A stretch of DNA of 64,000 bases, taken from assembly GCF_058153355.1 (NCBI RefSeq), contig NZ_CM177019.1; one strand, written 5' to 3'. Position numbers and translations under genes: made by a program. Under the pieces are notes generated by a model. The model was not told the origin of the DNA. It worked only from the letters and a program-made list of their open reading frames with translations, and made no database searches. Positions 1 to 11,077 of this stretch are shown piece after piece (position 1 is the stretch's first letter; every line of letters begins with the position of its first letter).

Positions 1-890
1 AGGAACATCAGGTACATCACAAAGAGGAAAATCGGCAGACCGAGGAAACGGTTGAGCACGATTTTATCTACCGCAGTGGTGAAACGGCTGGGTTCTGCCG
101 TCAGGGTGTTGCTTACCACATCACAGATGGCAGCAATGCACTGGTAACGCGCATCGGCAATGTGCAGCGCCGGATCGTCCATCTCATTACGCAGACGGGC
201 GAGGGCGGCATCAAGATGCTGCGACGCTTCACCGGCGTAGGCGCGGCTGTAGATATCGCCTTCCAGCATTTGCAGGCCCAGCCAGCGACGTTGTTTCAGC
301 GGGATGTCGGAAGGCATCACTTTTGCCAGTGAATCTGCTTCGTTGAGCAGCGGCTGTGCGTAATGCACCAGTTCCACATTCTCGTTAGCTTTATAGCGAT
401 CAATCGCCAGCTTGAGCGCTTCAATACCGCGACCACGAGTTGAAACCAGCGGGATCACCGGGCAGCCAAGACGCGTCGACAGAGCATCAATTTCAATGCG
501 AATATTTTGCTTCTCGGCAATGTCGAGCATGTTCAGCGCCACGATGCAGGGAATGCCGAGTTCCAGCAGTTGTAGCGTCAGGTACAGGTTACGCTCAAGG
601 TTAGACGCATCCACCACGTTAATCAGCAGGTCAGCGTCGCCACTCAAAATGTAGTGACAGGCGATTTGCTCATCGAGCGAGGTCTGCGATGAGATGGTGG
701 TCAGAGAATAGGTGCCGGGGAGGTCCACCAGCGTGACCTGATGATCGGTGGTGGAGAATTGCCCTTCTTTACGTTCGACGGTAACGCCAGCCCAGTTACC
801 TACACGCTGACGTGCGCCAGTGAGCTGGTTAAATAAGGTTGTCTTGCCAGAATTTGGATTACCAATTAAGCCAATGGTTAATTTTTTCAT
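1..890 (-). CDS. feoB: Ferrous iron transporter FeoB, N-terminal GTPase portion (partial; gene continues beyond window start)
   Basis: Reverse-strand translation from ATG at complement(888..890) reads MKKLTIGLIGNPNSGKTTLFNQLTG... (G-protein P-loop), matching the remembered FeoB N-terminus. The ORF runs off the window edge so it is not in the ORF track. Confidence 0.9.
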   Translation of the reverse strand, partial: MKKLTIGLIGNPNSGKTTLFNQLTGARQRVGNWAGVTVERKEGQFSTTDHQVTLVDLPGTYSLTTISSQTSLDEQIACHYILSGDADLLINVVDASNLERNLYLTLQLLELGIPCIVALNMLDIAEKQNIRIEIDALSTRLGCPVIPLVSTRGRGIEALKLAIDRYKANENVELVHYAQPLLNEADSLAKVMPSDIPLKQRRWLGLQMLEGDIYSRAYAGEASQHLDAALARLRNEMDDPALHIADARYQCIAAICDVVSNTLTAEPSRFTTAVDKIVLNRFLGLPIFLFVMYLMF

Positions 891-906
891 TGTTGTTATC
901 ACCGTA

Positions 907-1134
907 TTAACAGGAAACCGCTTCCACTTCTAATAAGGCCAGATCTTTTTTGCGTAATACCAGGCTCACACGACGGGTTTCGATATGAATGGGGTCGCCA
1001 AGTGGAGCGACGCGCACCACATTAAAAGAGGAGCCAGGTAACATGCCAAGAGAAAGCAGTTTTTGGCGATATGCCGGGCTGATTTCACGGGAAAAGCCAG
1101 TGATTTTCCACGCAGTATCTGGAGTGTATTGCAT
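907..1134 (-). CDS. feoA: Ferrous iron transport protein A
   Basis: 75-aa [17 protein letters not shown]... directly upstream of feoB on the same strand; size and sequence fit FeoA. Confidence 0.9.
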   Translation of the reverse strand: MQYTPDTAWKITGFSREISPAYRQKLLSLGMLPGSSFNVVRVAPLGDPIHIETRRVSLVLRKKDLALLEVEAVSC

Positions 1135-1242
1135 AGGTGCCTACTTGTTTCTCATTAACTGGATAACTACCTCATGGGGCGTTTGACAGCGACATGAGAC
1201 CAGATGATTTGCCAATGAAGGAGAGATTAAATAATCAACAAC

Positions 1243-1263
1243 ACAATGATAATGAGAATGGTT
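1243..1263. promoter_or_regulatory. Candidate Fur box in the feoABC promoter region
   Basis: caatgataatgagaatggt contains GATAAT/ATCATT-like hexamers resembling the Fur consensus GATAATGATAATCATTATC. feo is known to be Fur-repressed. The exact site is not verified. Confidence 0.35.
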
Positions 1264-1323
1264 TCTATCAGCAATACTTAAAATGTGTGCGAATGTTGGT
1301 TTGAATAATAATCTGACTCAATG

Positions 1324-1337
1324 TTGATGTGGCTCAA
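1324..1337. promoter_or_regulatory. Candidate FNR site (TTGAT-N4-CTCAA) upstream of feoA
   Basis: TTGATgtggCTCAA matches 9 of 10 positions of the FNR consensus TTGAT-N4-ATCAA. feo is known to be FNR-activated. Confidence 0.4.
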
Positions 1338-1466
1338 GGTTATATCGCAGCGAAAATATAATTCGAATAGCGAATTACCAGGACTGGTTAATGTTTAATT
1401 AAGGTTTCATTTGTTAATGAAGTGATAAATATTAACGGGATATATTGTGAGTTTGGTTGTGGAATA

Positions 1467-1497
1467 AAAGTGCCGGAGATATTCTCCGGCACTTTTA
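1467..1497 (-). terminator. Intrinsic terminator downstream of tex
   Basis: Inverted repeat gtgccggagat/atctccggcac flanked by A and T runs (aaaagtgccggagatattctccggcactttt). Confidence 0.6.
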
Positions 1498-1500
1498 TGT

Positions 1501-1550
1501 CAGGCAAGGCGTTCGTTGCCAGATGCGGCGTGAACGCCTTATCTGGCAGG
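1501..1550. repeat. REP (repetitive extragenic palindromic) element
   Basis: gccagatgcggcgtgaacgccttatctggc matches the classic REP consensus core GATGCGGCGTGAACGCCTTATC. Confidence 0.7.
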
Positions 1551-1573
1551 TTTACGTTTGTCTATCAGGGCGT

Positions 1574-3895
1574 TTAACGTTTTTTGCCCATTGCTGCCGC
1601 CAGCGCATCCATCATTGCGCTATTACCGGCAGGCTGCGCTTCACGACCGCGTGGTTTGGCTGCCGGGCGGTTGTTTTGCGGACGTTCATTACCGCCGCCG
1701 CGACGGGCGTTGGTTTCGCCAGGCTGCTCGTCCAGACGCATAGTCAGGGCGATACGTTTACGCTGAAGATCCACTTCCAGCACTTTCACCTTCACAATGT
1801 CGCCCGCTTTCACCACGGTATGCGGATCTTCCACAAACTTGTTCGACAATGAAGAGATGTGAACCAGGCCGTCCTGATGCACGCCAATATCGACAAACGC
1901 GCCAAAGTTGGTGACGTTGGTCACCGCACCTTCGAGGATCATACCCGGTTGCAGGTCGTTCATTGTCTCGACGCCATCGGCAAACTGGGCGGTTTTAAAT
2001 TCCGGACGCGGATCGCGACCTGGTTTTTCCAACTCTTTGATGATGTCGGTTACCGTCGGCACACCGAATTTCTCATCAGTAAAGTCAGACGCTTTCAGGT
2101 TACGCAGTTCGCTGCTGTTACCCATCAGATCTTTCAGTGCCTGCTGTGTTGCTGCCAGAATGCGTTCCACCACCGGATAGGCTTCCGGGTGAACAGTAGA
2201 GGCGTCCAGCGGGTTGTCACCGTGGTTAATGCGCAAGAAGCCTGCGCACTGCTCGAAGGCTTTTGGCCCCAGGCGGCTGACTTTTAACAGTTGCTGACGG
2301 TTCTGGAACTGGCCGTTCTCATCGCGCCAGGCCACAATGTTTTGCGCCATCATGCGCGTCAGGCCAGCCACGCGAGTTAACAGCGGAACAGAAGCGGTAT
2401 TGAGATCGACGCCAACGGCGTTTACGCAGTCTTCTACTACTGCATCCAGTTTGCGGGCCAGTTGCGTCTGGCTGACGTCATGCTGATATTGACCTACGCC
2501 GATAGATTTCGGATCGATTTTCACCAGCTCCGCCAGCGGATCCTGCAAACGACGGGCGATAGACACCGCGCCACGCAGCGAAACATCGAGATCCGGGAAC
2601 TCCTGCGCCGCCAGTTCGGAAGCCGAGTAAACCGACGCGCCTGCTTCGCTGACGACCACTTTCTGTGCGGTCACTTTCGGAAACTGCTTCTGAACGTCGA
2701 GATAGAAACGCTCAGTTTCGCGGGAAGCCGTACCGTTACCGATTGCCACCAGTTCAACGTTATGTTTTTCACACAAGGCAGCAACGGTCATCGCTGCTTT
2801 TGCGGCTTGTCCGGTGTGCGGGTAAATGGTGTCGGTCGCCACCAGTTTACCCGTCGCATCGACTACCGCCACTTTTACCCCAGTACGCAGACCCGGATCG
2901 AGGCCCATCGTTGCACGCAGTCCGGCAGGGGCCGCCATCAGAAGATCGTGTAGGTTACGGGCAAAGACGTTGATTGCTTCATCTTCCGCGCGTTCACGCA
3001 CTGTGCCCATCAGTTCGGTTTCCAGATGCATCAGCACCTTGATGCGCCACGTCCAGCTCACCACGCCTTTGCGCCAGCTATCCGCCGGGGCATTGTTCAG
3101 GCGCAGGCCAAGGTGATCCATGATGATTTGCTCGCAATAGCTCTCTTTTGGCGGCTCATCGAACTGCGGATCGGCATTCAGCGAAAGTTGGAGTACGCCT
3201 TCGTTACGCCCACGGAACATCGCCAGCGCGCGGTGAGAAGGCACCGTTGACAGCGGTTCGTGATGATCGAAATAGTCGCGGAATTTCGCCCCTTCCTCTT
3301 CTTTACCGTTCACCACCGTAGAAACCAAATGCGCGTTCTTCCACAGATAATCACGCACTTTCGCCAGCAGCGCGGCATCTTCGGCAAACCGTTCCATCAG
3401 GATATAGCGCGCGCCGTCCAGCGCGGCTTTGGTATCTGCTACGCCTTTATCGGCATCAACATATTGTGCAGCGGCGACTTCTGGCGTGTGCGACGGATCG
3501 TTCCACAGTAGGTCGGCCAACGGCTCAAGCCCTGCTTCAATGGCGATTTGCCCGCGGGTGCGGCGTTTAGGTTTGTAGGGCAGGTAGAGGTCTTCGAGTT
3601 CGGTTTTGCTTAAGGTGGCGTTGATAGCATTCGCCAGCTCGTCGGTCAGTTTGCCTTGCTCGGAAATGGACTTGAGGATTGCCTGACGTCTCTCTTCCAG
3701 CTCGCGCAAATAGCTCAGACGCGTTTCCAGATTACGCAGCTGCGTGTCATCCAGACCGCCGGTGATTTCCTTACGATAACGTGCGATAAACGGCACGGTA
3801 TTCCCTTCGTCAAGCAGGCGAACGGCAGCGTCAACCTGTTCCGGGCGCGCCTGAATTTCACCCGCAATAATGCGGCAGAACGAATCATTCATCAT
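1574..3895 (-). CDS. tex: Transcription accessory protein Tex (S1 RNA-binding domain protein YhgF)
   Basis: 773-aa ORF starting [21 protein letters not shown] with a C-terminal S1-like region; length and sequence match E. coli YhgF/Tex. Confidence 0.95.
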   Translation of the reverse strand: MMNDSFCRIIAGEIQARPEQVDAAVRLLDEGNTVPFIARYRKEITGGLDDTQLRNLETRLSYLRELEERRQAILKSISEQGKLTDELANAINATLSKTELEDLYLPYKPKRRTRGQIAIEAGLEPLADLLWNDPSHTPEVAAAQYVDADKGVADTKAALDGARYILMERFAEDAALLAKVRDYLWKNAHLVSTVVNGKEEEGAKFRDYFDHHEPLSTVPSHRALAMFRGRNEGVLQLSLNADPQFDEPPKESYCEQIIMDHLGLRLNNAPADSWRKGVVSWTWRIKVLMHLETELMGTVRERAEDEAINVFARNLHDLLMAAPAGLRATMGLDPGLRTGVKVAVVDATGKLVATDTIYPHTGQAAKAAMTVAALCEKHNVELVAIGNGTASRETERFYLDVQKQFPKVTAQKVVVSEAGASVYSASELAAQEFPDLDVSLRGAVSIARRLQDPLAELVKIDPKSIGVGQYQHDVSQTQLARKLDAVVEDCVNAVGVDLNTASVPLLTRVAGLTRMMAQNIVAWRDENGQFQNRQQLLKVSRLGPKAFEQCAGFLRINHGDNPLDASTVHPEAYPVVERILAATQQALKDLMGNSSELRNLKASDFTDEKFGVPTVTDIIKELEKPGRDPRPEFKTAQFADGVETMNDLQPGMILEGAVTNVTNFGAFVDIGVHQDGLVHISSLSNKFVEDPHTVVKAGDIVKVKVLEVDLQRKRIALTMRLDEQPGETNARRGGGNERPQNNRPAAKPRGREAQPAGNSAMMDALAAAMGKKR

Positions 3896-3991
3896 GGTTT
3901 GAGTTCATCTTTTCGGATCAAAAATCAGGGGATAGTTATACGGACTGGCTGGCAAAAATGCCAGCCATCGGCAGGAGGTTAAGACTCTTCC

Positions 3992-4468
3992 TTACGGTTT
4001 CACGTACTCAATAGCATTAACATACCAGCTCGCTTCCCCGGCAGGGGTATTGACCACTGCCAGATCGCCCACTTCTTTTTTCAGCAATGCGCGGGCCATT
4101 GGGGAATCGATAGAGATGTAATCTTTACGGCCAAAAATTTCATCGTAGCCGACAATGCGAAAACGGTGAGTCACGCCATCGTCGTTTTCAATCTCCACCC
4201 ATGCGCCAAAAAAGACTTTGCCTTCCTGTTGCGGGGAGTAATCGACGATTTTGAGATTTTCCATGCATTTAGTGAGATAGCGCACGCGACGGTCGATTTC
4301 ACGCAGACGCTTTTTATTATACTGATAGTCAGCATTTTCGCTGCGGTCGCCCAGACTTGCAGCCCAGGTCACTTTTTTTGTGACCTCCGGGCGCTCTTCA
4401 CGCCAGAGATAATTTAGCTCTTGTTTGAGTTTTTCATACCCTTCCCGGGTAACCAGGGGCGTTTTCAT
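3992..4468 (-). CDS. greB: Transcription elongation factor GreB
   Basis: The ORF track gives 170 aa, but GreB starts at the internal MKTPLVTREGYEKLKQEL (158 aa); the start is placed accordingly. Confidence 0.9.
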   Translation of the reverse strand: MKTPLVTREGYEKLKQELNYLWREERPEVTKKVTWAASLGDRSENADYQYNKKRLREIDRRVRYLTKCMENLKIVDYSPQQEGKVFFGAWVEIENDDGVTHRFRIVGYDEIFGRKDYISIDSPMARALLKKEVGDLAVVNTPAGEASWYVNAIEYVKP

Positions 4469-4695
4469 CTCGTTGATTCCCTTTGTCTGTTTGATAATGC
4501 GCACATTGGGTATAACGTGATCATATCAACAGAATCAATAATGTTTCGCCGAATAAATTGTATACTTAAGCTGCTGTTTAATATGCTTTGTAACAATTTA
4601 GGCTGAAATTCATACCAGATTTAGCTGGTGACGAACGTAAGCTTTTTTAAGAATACACGCTTACAAATTGTTGCGAACCTTTGGGAGTACAAAGA

Positions 4696-6764
<2,069 letters not shown>

Positions 6765-6772
6765 ATAAAACA

Positions 6773-6801
6773 GGAGGCGAAGGTGCCTCCCGTTTTATTT
6801 T
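6773..6801 (+). terminator. Intrinsic terminator of ompR-envZ
   Basis: ggaggcgaaggtgcctcc hairpin followed by cgttttatttt, 9 nt after the envZ stop. Confidence 0.8.
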
Positions 6802-6927
6802 GTGCACTCAGTATCTACTGAATGAATACGGTTTCAGACATCGGCACCATACGAAGTAAAGTGTACTGTAAGCTGATTGCAGGCTAGCGTATCCTGATTA
6901 GTAAAAGCACACTAAAGGAATAGCTTG

Positions 6928-8211
6928 ATGCAACTTACCAACGAAGAACAAGTACAGATTGCTCGTATAAAAGAAAAAATCCCACGCATTGCCGCACTGG
7001 ATCCTGAATGTAAGTTATTCGGTTCTGAAGGTTGGAAATATCAATGGCCGAAGCCTGCCAGCGAGGCGGAAATAGCTTCCTGGGAGAAAAAACATAGCGT
7101 CACTTTGCCACGGGAATATCGAATTTTTCTTCGCTATATCGCTAATGGCGGTCCGGCACATGCCTACGGTCTTGAATCTTTAGGCGGTACAGATATTTAT
7201 GGCGATATAACAAAAGAAAGCCCTGTACCGCTTTATATGACGCAGCAGGATGTTGATGTGTTGAATGCAGGCCGTACAGAAGATGATGAAGAATATAGTT
7301 TTTTTGACGGCGCATTGACCATTCTCACCCTGGGATGTACTTATGATATTTGCCTGGTGGTGACGGGGCAGTATCGCGGAAGGTTAATGCTGACTGATGG
7401 TGATGAAGATTATCCGTTTGATTTTATATATGATAAAAATTTCCTCAACTGGTATGAACGCTGGCTGGACGATTTTATTGCTGGCATGAGTATGAAGGGT
7501 TTCGATAGAAGTTTGCCAGGAACGCAAATTCAACTGCGTGAGTGGTTTTTAACTGAGAAAATCCCGGATTTACGTAGATCCATTTTATTCTCGCTATGCC
7601 GTTTTCCACAGATAGAACCCGAAACATTTGCCCTTTGGGAACATGTTTGCCGCACAGAGAATGATAAAGAATTGTGTGAAGAGGCATTCATAAGATTACG
7701 CCAAAAAAAAGTTTCTTGTGCTGCAGATATTTTTCGACTCTATTTTACAATGCCAGATGAATTACGTGATATTGCTATTAAAGATCTCCGTTTTGCCTGT
7801 AGAGATAGTGTGGTGAATATTGAGGATTATATTCATTCACTGTTAATAATAATGCCTGAACTTGACGATGACACTCTATCCTCAGCTGTCTTTGCTGTAC
7901 GAGAAACAGAGTATAATAAATATGATACTTTTCTGCCGCTTCTCGAACGTATCACTGATGACCGTCAGCAAACATTATTGTGGGCGATGAGTAAGGCGCC
8001 TGATTTCAATGAAAGCCGAGGATTCGTTGAGTTGGTATTACCGCTTTTTGCATCATCAAAGATGGAGAATGTAAGGAAGGCTATTTTGTTGCTCATTGAA
8101 GTTAAAGATAATCGTATTCCACCATTGGTTGATGAAGCTGCAACTCGTTTCCCTGAACTGACCATTTTACGAGAAAACTACTATCTCAGGACGTGGGGAC
8201 ATAAGCCATAA
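6928..8211 (+). CDS. Hypothetical protein with N-terminal SUKH/SMI1-KNR4-like domain and C-terminal alpha-helical (HEAT-like) repeat region; first gene of the AT-rich island
   Basis: Long ORF (427 aa from the ATG; the track starts 3 nt upstream at TTG). RBS aaggaa lies 7 nt upstream of the ATG. Motif SEAEIASWEKKHSVTLPREYRIFLRYIANGG resembles the SMI1/KNR4 (SUKH-1) signature. The C-terminal part, e.g. ENVRKAILLLIEVKDNRIPPLVDEA, looks HEAT-like. Not a K-12 gene that I recognise. Confidence 0.8.
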   Translation: MQLTNEEQVQIARIKEKIPRIAALDPECKLFGSEGWKYQWPKPASEAEIASWEKKHSVTLPREYRIFLRYIANGGPAHAYGLESLGGTDIYGDITKESPVPLYMTQQDVDVLNAGRTEDDEEYSFFDGALTILTLGCTYDICLVVTGQYRGRLMLTDGDEDYPFDFIYDKNFLNWYERWLDDFIAGMSMKGFDRSLPGTQIQLREWFLTEKIPDLRRSILFSLCRFPQIEPETFALWEHVCRTENDKELCEEAFIRLRQKKVSCAADIFRLYFTMPDELRDIAIKDLRFACRDSVVNIEDYIHSLLIIMPELDDDTLSSAVFAVRETEYNKYDTFLPLLERITDDRQQTLLWAMSKAPDFNESRGFVELVLPLFASSKMENVRKAILLLIEVKDNRIPPLVDEAATRFPELTILRENYYLRTWGHKP

Positions 8212-8248
8212 ATTAATGGCTCAGAAATGATCTAACGCGGAGAGAAAT

Positions 8249-8779
8249 ATGATCAGGGAACATATTCAGCAAGCGATAAATAATAGGTTAGCATTTGATG
8301 GCCCATTCAATGTTGTTCCTGAACCTGCAAGCACTGCGTTTGATAGCCGGATCCCGACATTGAAAAACGGTGTCTGGCAGAAGGCCAGCCCTATGTTGCA
8401 GGCGCGTTTTGCACATTGTGGACGTTGGTTAAGCGCTACACATGGAAGCTGGCTAAGTATAAGTGACATGGAAACGCTTTGGCAGGAACACATAGAAGAT
8501 ACGTTTCTTGATGAAATCAAAATGAATGCTGTAGCTTCAAGTGATAATTGGGATAACCATGCCTTGGGACTATTTCGTTCTCATCGCCTGTCACTTTTTG
8601 CCGGTAGTGATTACATTTATGAAATGGTTTTTCTCCTTTGGCTAGATAGTACCGTTGAGCCAGAGGTCTGGGTTTATGACTGCAATGGGGAATCACGTTA
8701 TAAAGATCTTAATGATTACCTGAATGCATATATTAATGATGACGTAAGCGCCTGTGAGCGCTCCTGGCGAGTAGAATGA
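8249..8779 (+). CDS. Hypothetical small soluble Trp-rich protein (island gene 2)
   Basis: 176-aa ORF with GGAGAG RBS 5 nt upstream, 37 bp after gene 1. No TM segment. No family recognised with confidence; the C-terminal VWVYDCNGESRYKDLNDYLNAYIND weakly recalls SUKH-type immunity folds. Confidence 0.75.
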   Translation: MIREHIQQAINNRLAFDGPFNVVPEPASTAFDSRIPTLKNGVWQKASPMLQARFAHCGRWLSATHGSWLSISDMETLWQEHIEDTFLDEIKMNAVASSDNWDNHALGLFRSHRLSLFAGSDYIYEMVFLLWLDSTVEPEVWVYDCNGESRYKDLNDYLNAYINDDVSACERSWRVE

Positions 8780-9402
8780 ATAGCCCCCCTTGCCCCTTTG
8801 ATCCACAAACCGCACATTACCTCGGTACAGTGCAAATCCACTACACCTCAACCACCTTCAACGCTGCCGTTAAGCATTATACCTATCACATTAAAAAGCG
8901 TTTTAAAGGGTTTAAATGGGGAATTGGTACCGCTGGCTTATTGGCTATATTGCCCATGATCCCACAATGGTTGAAACCTTCTCATGACTTTAAACTCAAC
9001 GCAATCAGTACGTTAATTCTTCTATTAATGTTGCCACTCCTCTTATCAATGTTCCTGTTAATCAGCAGAAGAATTAACGATTTTAAGTCAAAAACAAAGC
9101 AAGTTACTTTTACGAAACCCGTGCGTTATGCGTTTTATTTCGAGGGGATTGTTTTTTATGAATCTCATCAGCAGGGCATACTTCGCTGGGAAGATTTTTA
9201 TAGCATTGACTATGAAGAAGATTATTTGTGGCTTTTTCTGCATTTACCGAAGAGTTTTCCCAGAGAAGCGACGAAAGCGTTTTGCGATATTTTCATTCCC
9301 GCCAGCGCGATAAAAGCGCAGCCTGAACTGGATACGTTTTTTCGTGAAACACGCCACTATCTGGATTATCTGTTTGTCCCGTTTAATTCTGACAGAAAAT
9401 AA
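8776..9402 (+). CDS. Hypothetical inner-membrane protein (2 predicted TM helices) with C-terminal soluble domain (island gene 3)
   Basis: 208-aa ORF whose ATG overlaps the gene 2 stop (ATGA). Hydrophobic stretches WGIGTAGLLAILPMIPQWL (aa 48-66) and AISTLILLLMLPLLLSMFLLI (aa 76-96). The C-terminal ~110 aa are possibly YcxB-like/bacterial PH-like (unverified). Confidence 0.75.
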   Translation: MNSPPCPFDPQTAHYLGTVQIHYTSTTFNAAVKHYTYHIKKRFKGFKWGIGTAGLLAILPMIPQWLKPSHDFKLNAISTLILLLMLPLLLSMFLLISRRINDFKSKTKQVTFTKPVRYAFYFEGIVFYESHQQGILRWEDFYSIDYEEDYLWLFLHLPKSFPREATKAFCDIFIPASAIKAQPELDTFFRETRHYLDYLFVPFNSDRK

Positions 9403-9403
9403 A

Positions 9404-9437
9404 AAATCCCCCGTATCTGGTGAAACGGGGGATTTCG
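9404..9437. terminator. Intrinsic terminator shared by island gene 3 (+) and pck (-)
   Basis: aaaaaatcccccgt...acgggggatttcg hairpin with an A-run on one side giving a T-run on the minus strand; sits between the gene 3 stop (9402) and the pck stop (9455). Confidence 0.75.
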
Positions 9438-9454
9438 TCGCTTAACTTATCGGA

Positions 9455-11077
9455 TTACAGTTTTGGACCAGCCGCTACCAGCGCGGCACCCGCAGGGGTG
9501 TCGGTGTATTTATCGAAGTTGTCGATAAACAGTTTCGCCAGAGTTTCGGCTTTTTCCTGCCACTGTTCCGGAGAAGCGTAGGTGTTACGCGGATCGAGGA
9601 TCTTAGTGTCTACGCCCGGCAGTTCAGTCGGGATCGCCAGGTTAAACATCGGCAGAGTGAAGGTTTCTGCGTTATCCAGCGAACCGTTGAGGATAGCGTC
9701 GATAATGGCGCGGGTATCTTTAATGGAGATACGTTTGCCAGTACCGTTCCAGCCGGTGTTAACCAGATATGCCTGCGCACCCGCCGCTTGCATACGTTTC
9801 ACCAGCACTTCTGCGTACTGAGTTGGGTGCAGCGACAGGAACGCCGCGCCGAAGCAAGCGGAGAAGGTTGGCGTCGGTTCGGTGATGCCACGTTCAGTAC
9901 CGGCCAGTTTGGCGGTGAAGCCAGAGAGGAAGTGGTACTGAGTTTGATCGGCAGTCAGGCGAGAAACCGGTGGCAGCACACCAAAGGCGTCTGCGGTCAG
10001 GAAGATAACTTTAGTTGCATGGCCCGCTTTGGAAACCGGTTTAACGATGTTATCGATGTGATAGATCGGATAAGAAACGCGGGTGTTCTCGGTTTTTGAA
10101 CCATCGTCAAAATCGATAGTGCCATCTTCACGTACGGTGACGTTTTCCAGCAGCGCATCGCGACGGATAGCGTTGTAGATTTCAGGTTCCGCTTCTTTCG
10201 ACAGCTTGATGGTTTTCGCGTAGCAGCCGCCTTCGAAGTTAAACACGCCGTCGTCATCCCAGCCGTGCTCGTCATCGCCAATCAGGCGACGTTTCGGGTC
10301 GGTGGAAAGGGTGGTTTTACCGGTGCCGGAAAGACCAAAGAACACCGCAACATCGCCTTTCTCGCCAACGTTGGCGGAGCAGTGCATAGAAGCGATGCCT
10401 TTCAGCGGCAGCAGGTAGTTCATCATTGAGAACATCCCTTTCTTCATTTCGCCGCCGTACCAGGTGCCGCCAATCAGCTGCATACGCTCGGTCAGGTTAA
10501 ACGCCACGAAGTTTTCAGAGTTCAGCCCCTGCTCTTTCCACTGGGGGTTAGTGCATTTTGCGCCGTTCATAACGATAAAGTCAGGTTTAAAACCAGCCAG
10601 CTCTTCATCGCTCGGGCGAATAAACATGTTTTTGACAAAATGCGCCTGCCAGGCCACTTCGGTGATGAAACGGACGGAAAGACGCGTGTCTGGGTTCGCA
10701 CCACAGAAAGCGTCGACAACGAACAGACGTTTACCGGAAAGCTGTTTGGTCACCAGGCCCTTCAGATGCTGCCAGGTTTCCGGAGAGAGAGGTTTGTTGT
10801 CGTTCTTACCTTTGCCTTTATCAGCCCACCAGAAGGTATCGCGAGTGGTATCGTCACGGACGATATATTTATCTTTTGGTGAGCGACCGGTGAATATACC
10901 GGTATCGACGGCAACGGCACCCAGATTAGTTAACACCCCGCGCTCATAACCTGTCAGGCTCGGATCGAGCTCTTCCTGATACAGCAGGTCGTAGCTTGGG
11001 TTGTAAACGATATCATGTACGTCACTGATACCATAAGCCTCGAGTTCTTGCGGGGTCAAACCATTGTTAACGCGCAT
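9455..11077 (-). CDS. pck: Phosphoenolpyruvate carboxykinase (ATP)
   Basis: The track ORF is 563 aa; PckA starts at the internal [30 protein letters not shown] (540 aa). Contains the kinase-1a motif GLSGTGKTT. Confidence 0.95.

Noticed and set aside
1457-1852. 131-aa plus-strand ORF spanning the REP element and tex 3' end
   Set aside because: It overlaps the REP element and terminator and is antisense to tex; artefact.
8266-8520. 84-aa minus-strand ORF inside island gene 2, and 61-aa plus-strand ORF at 9128-9313 inside island gene 3
   Set aside because: They are nested in or antisense to the longer, RBS-supported island ORFs; kept as a caveat only, since island gene models are less certain than core genes.
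6802-9403. Prophage remnant, IS element or integron cassette as explanation for the island
   Set aside because: No integrase, transposase, terminal inverted repeats, attC-like site or tRNA is visible by eye in or around the island; a recombinational hotspot insertion is more consistent with what I see.
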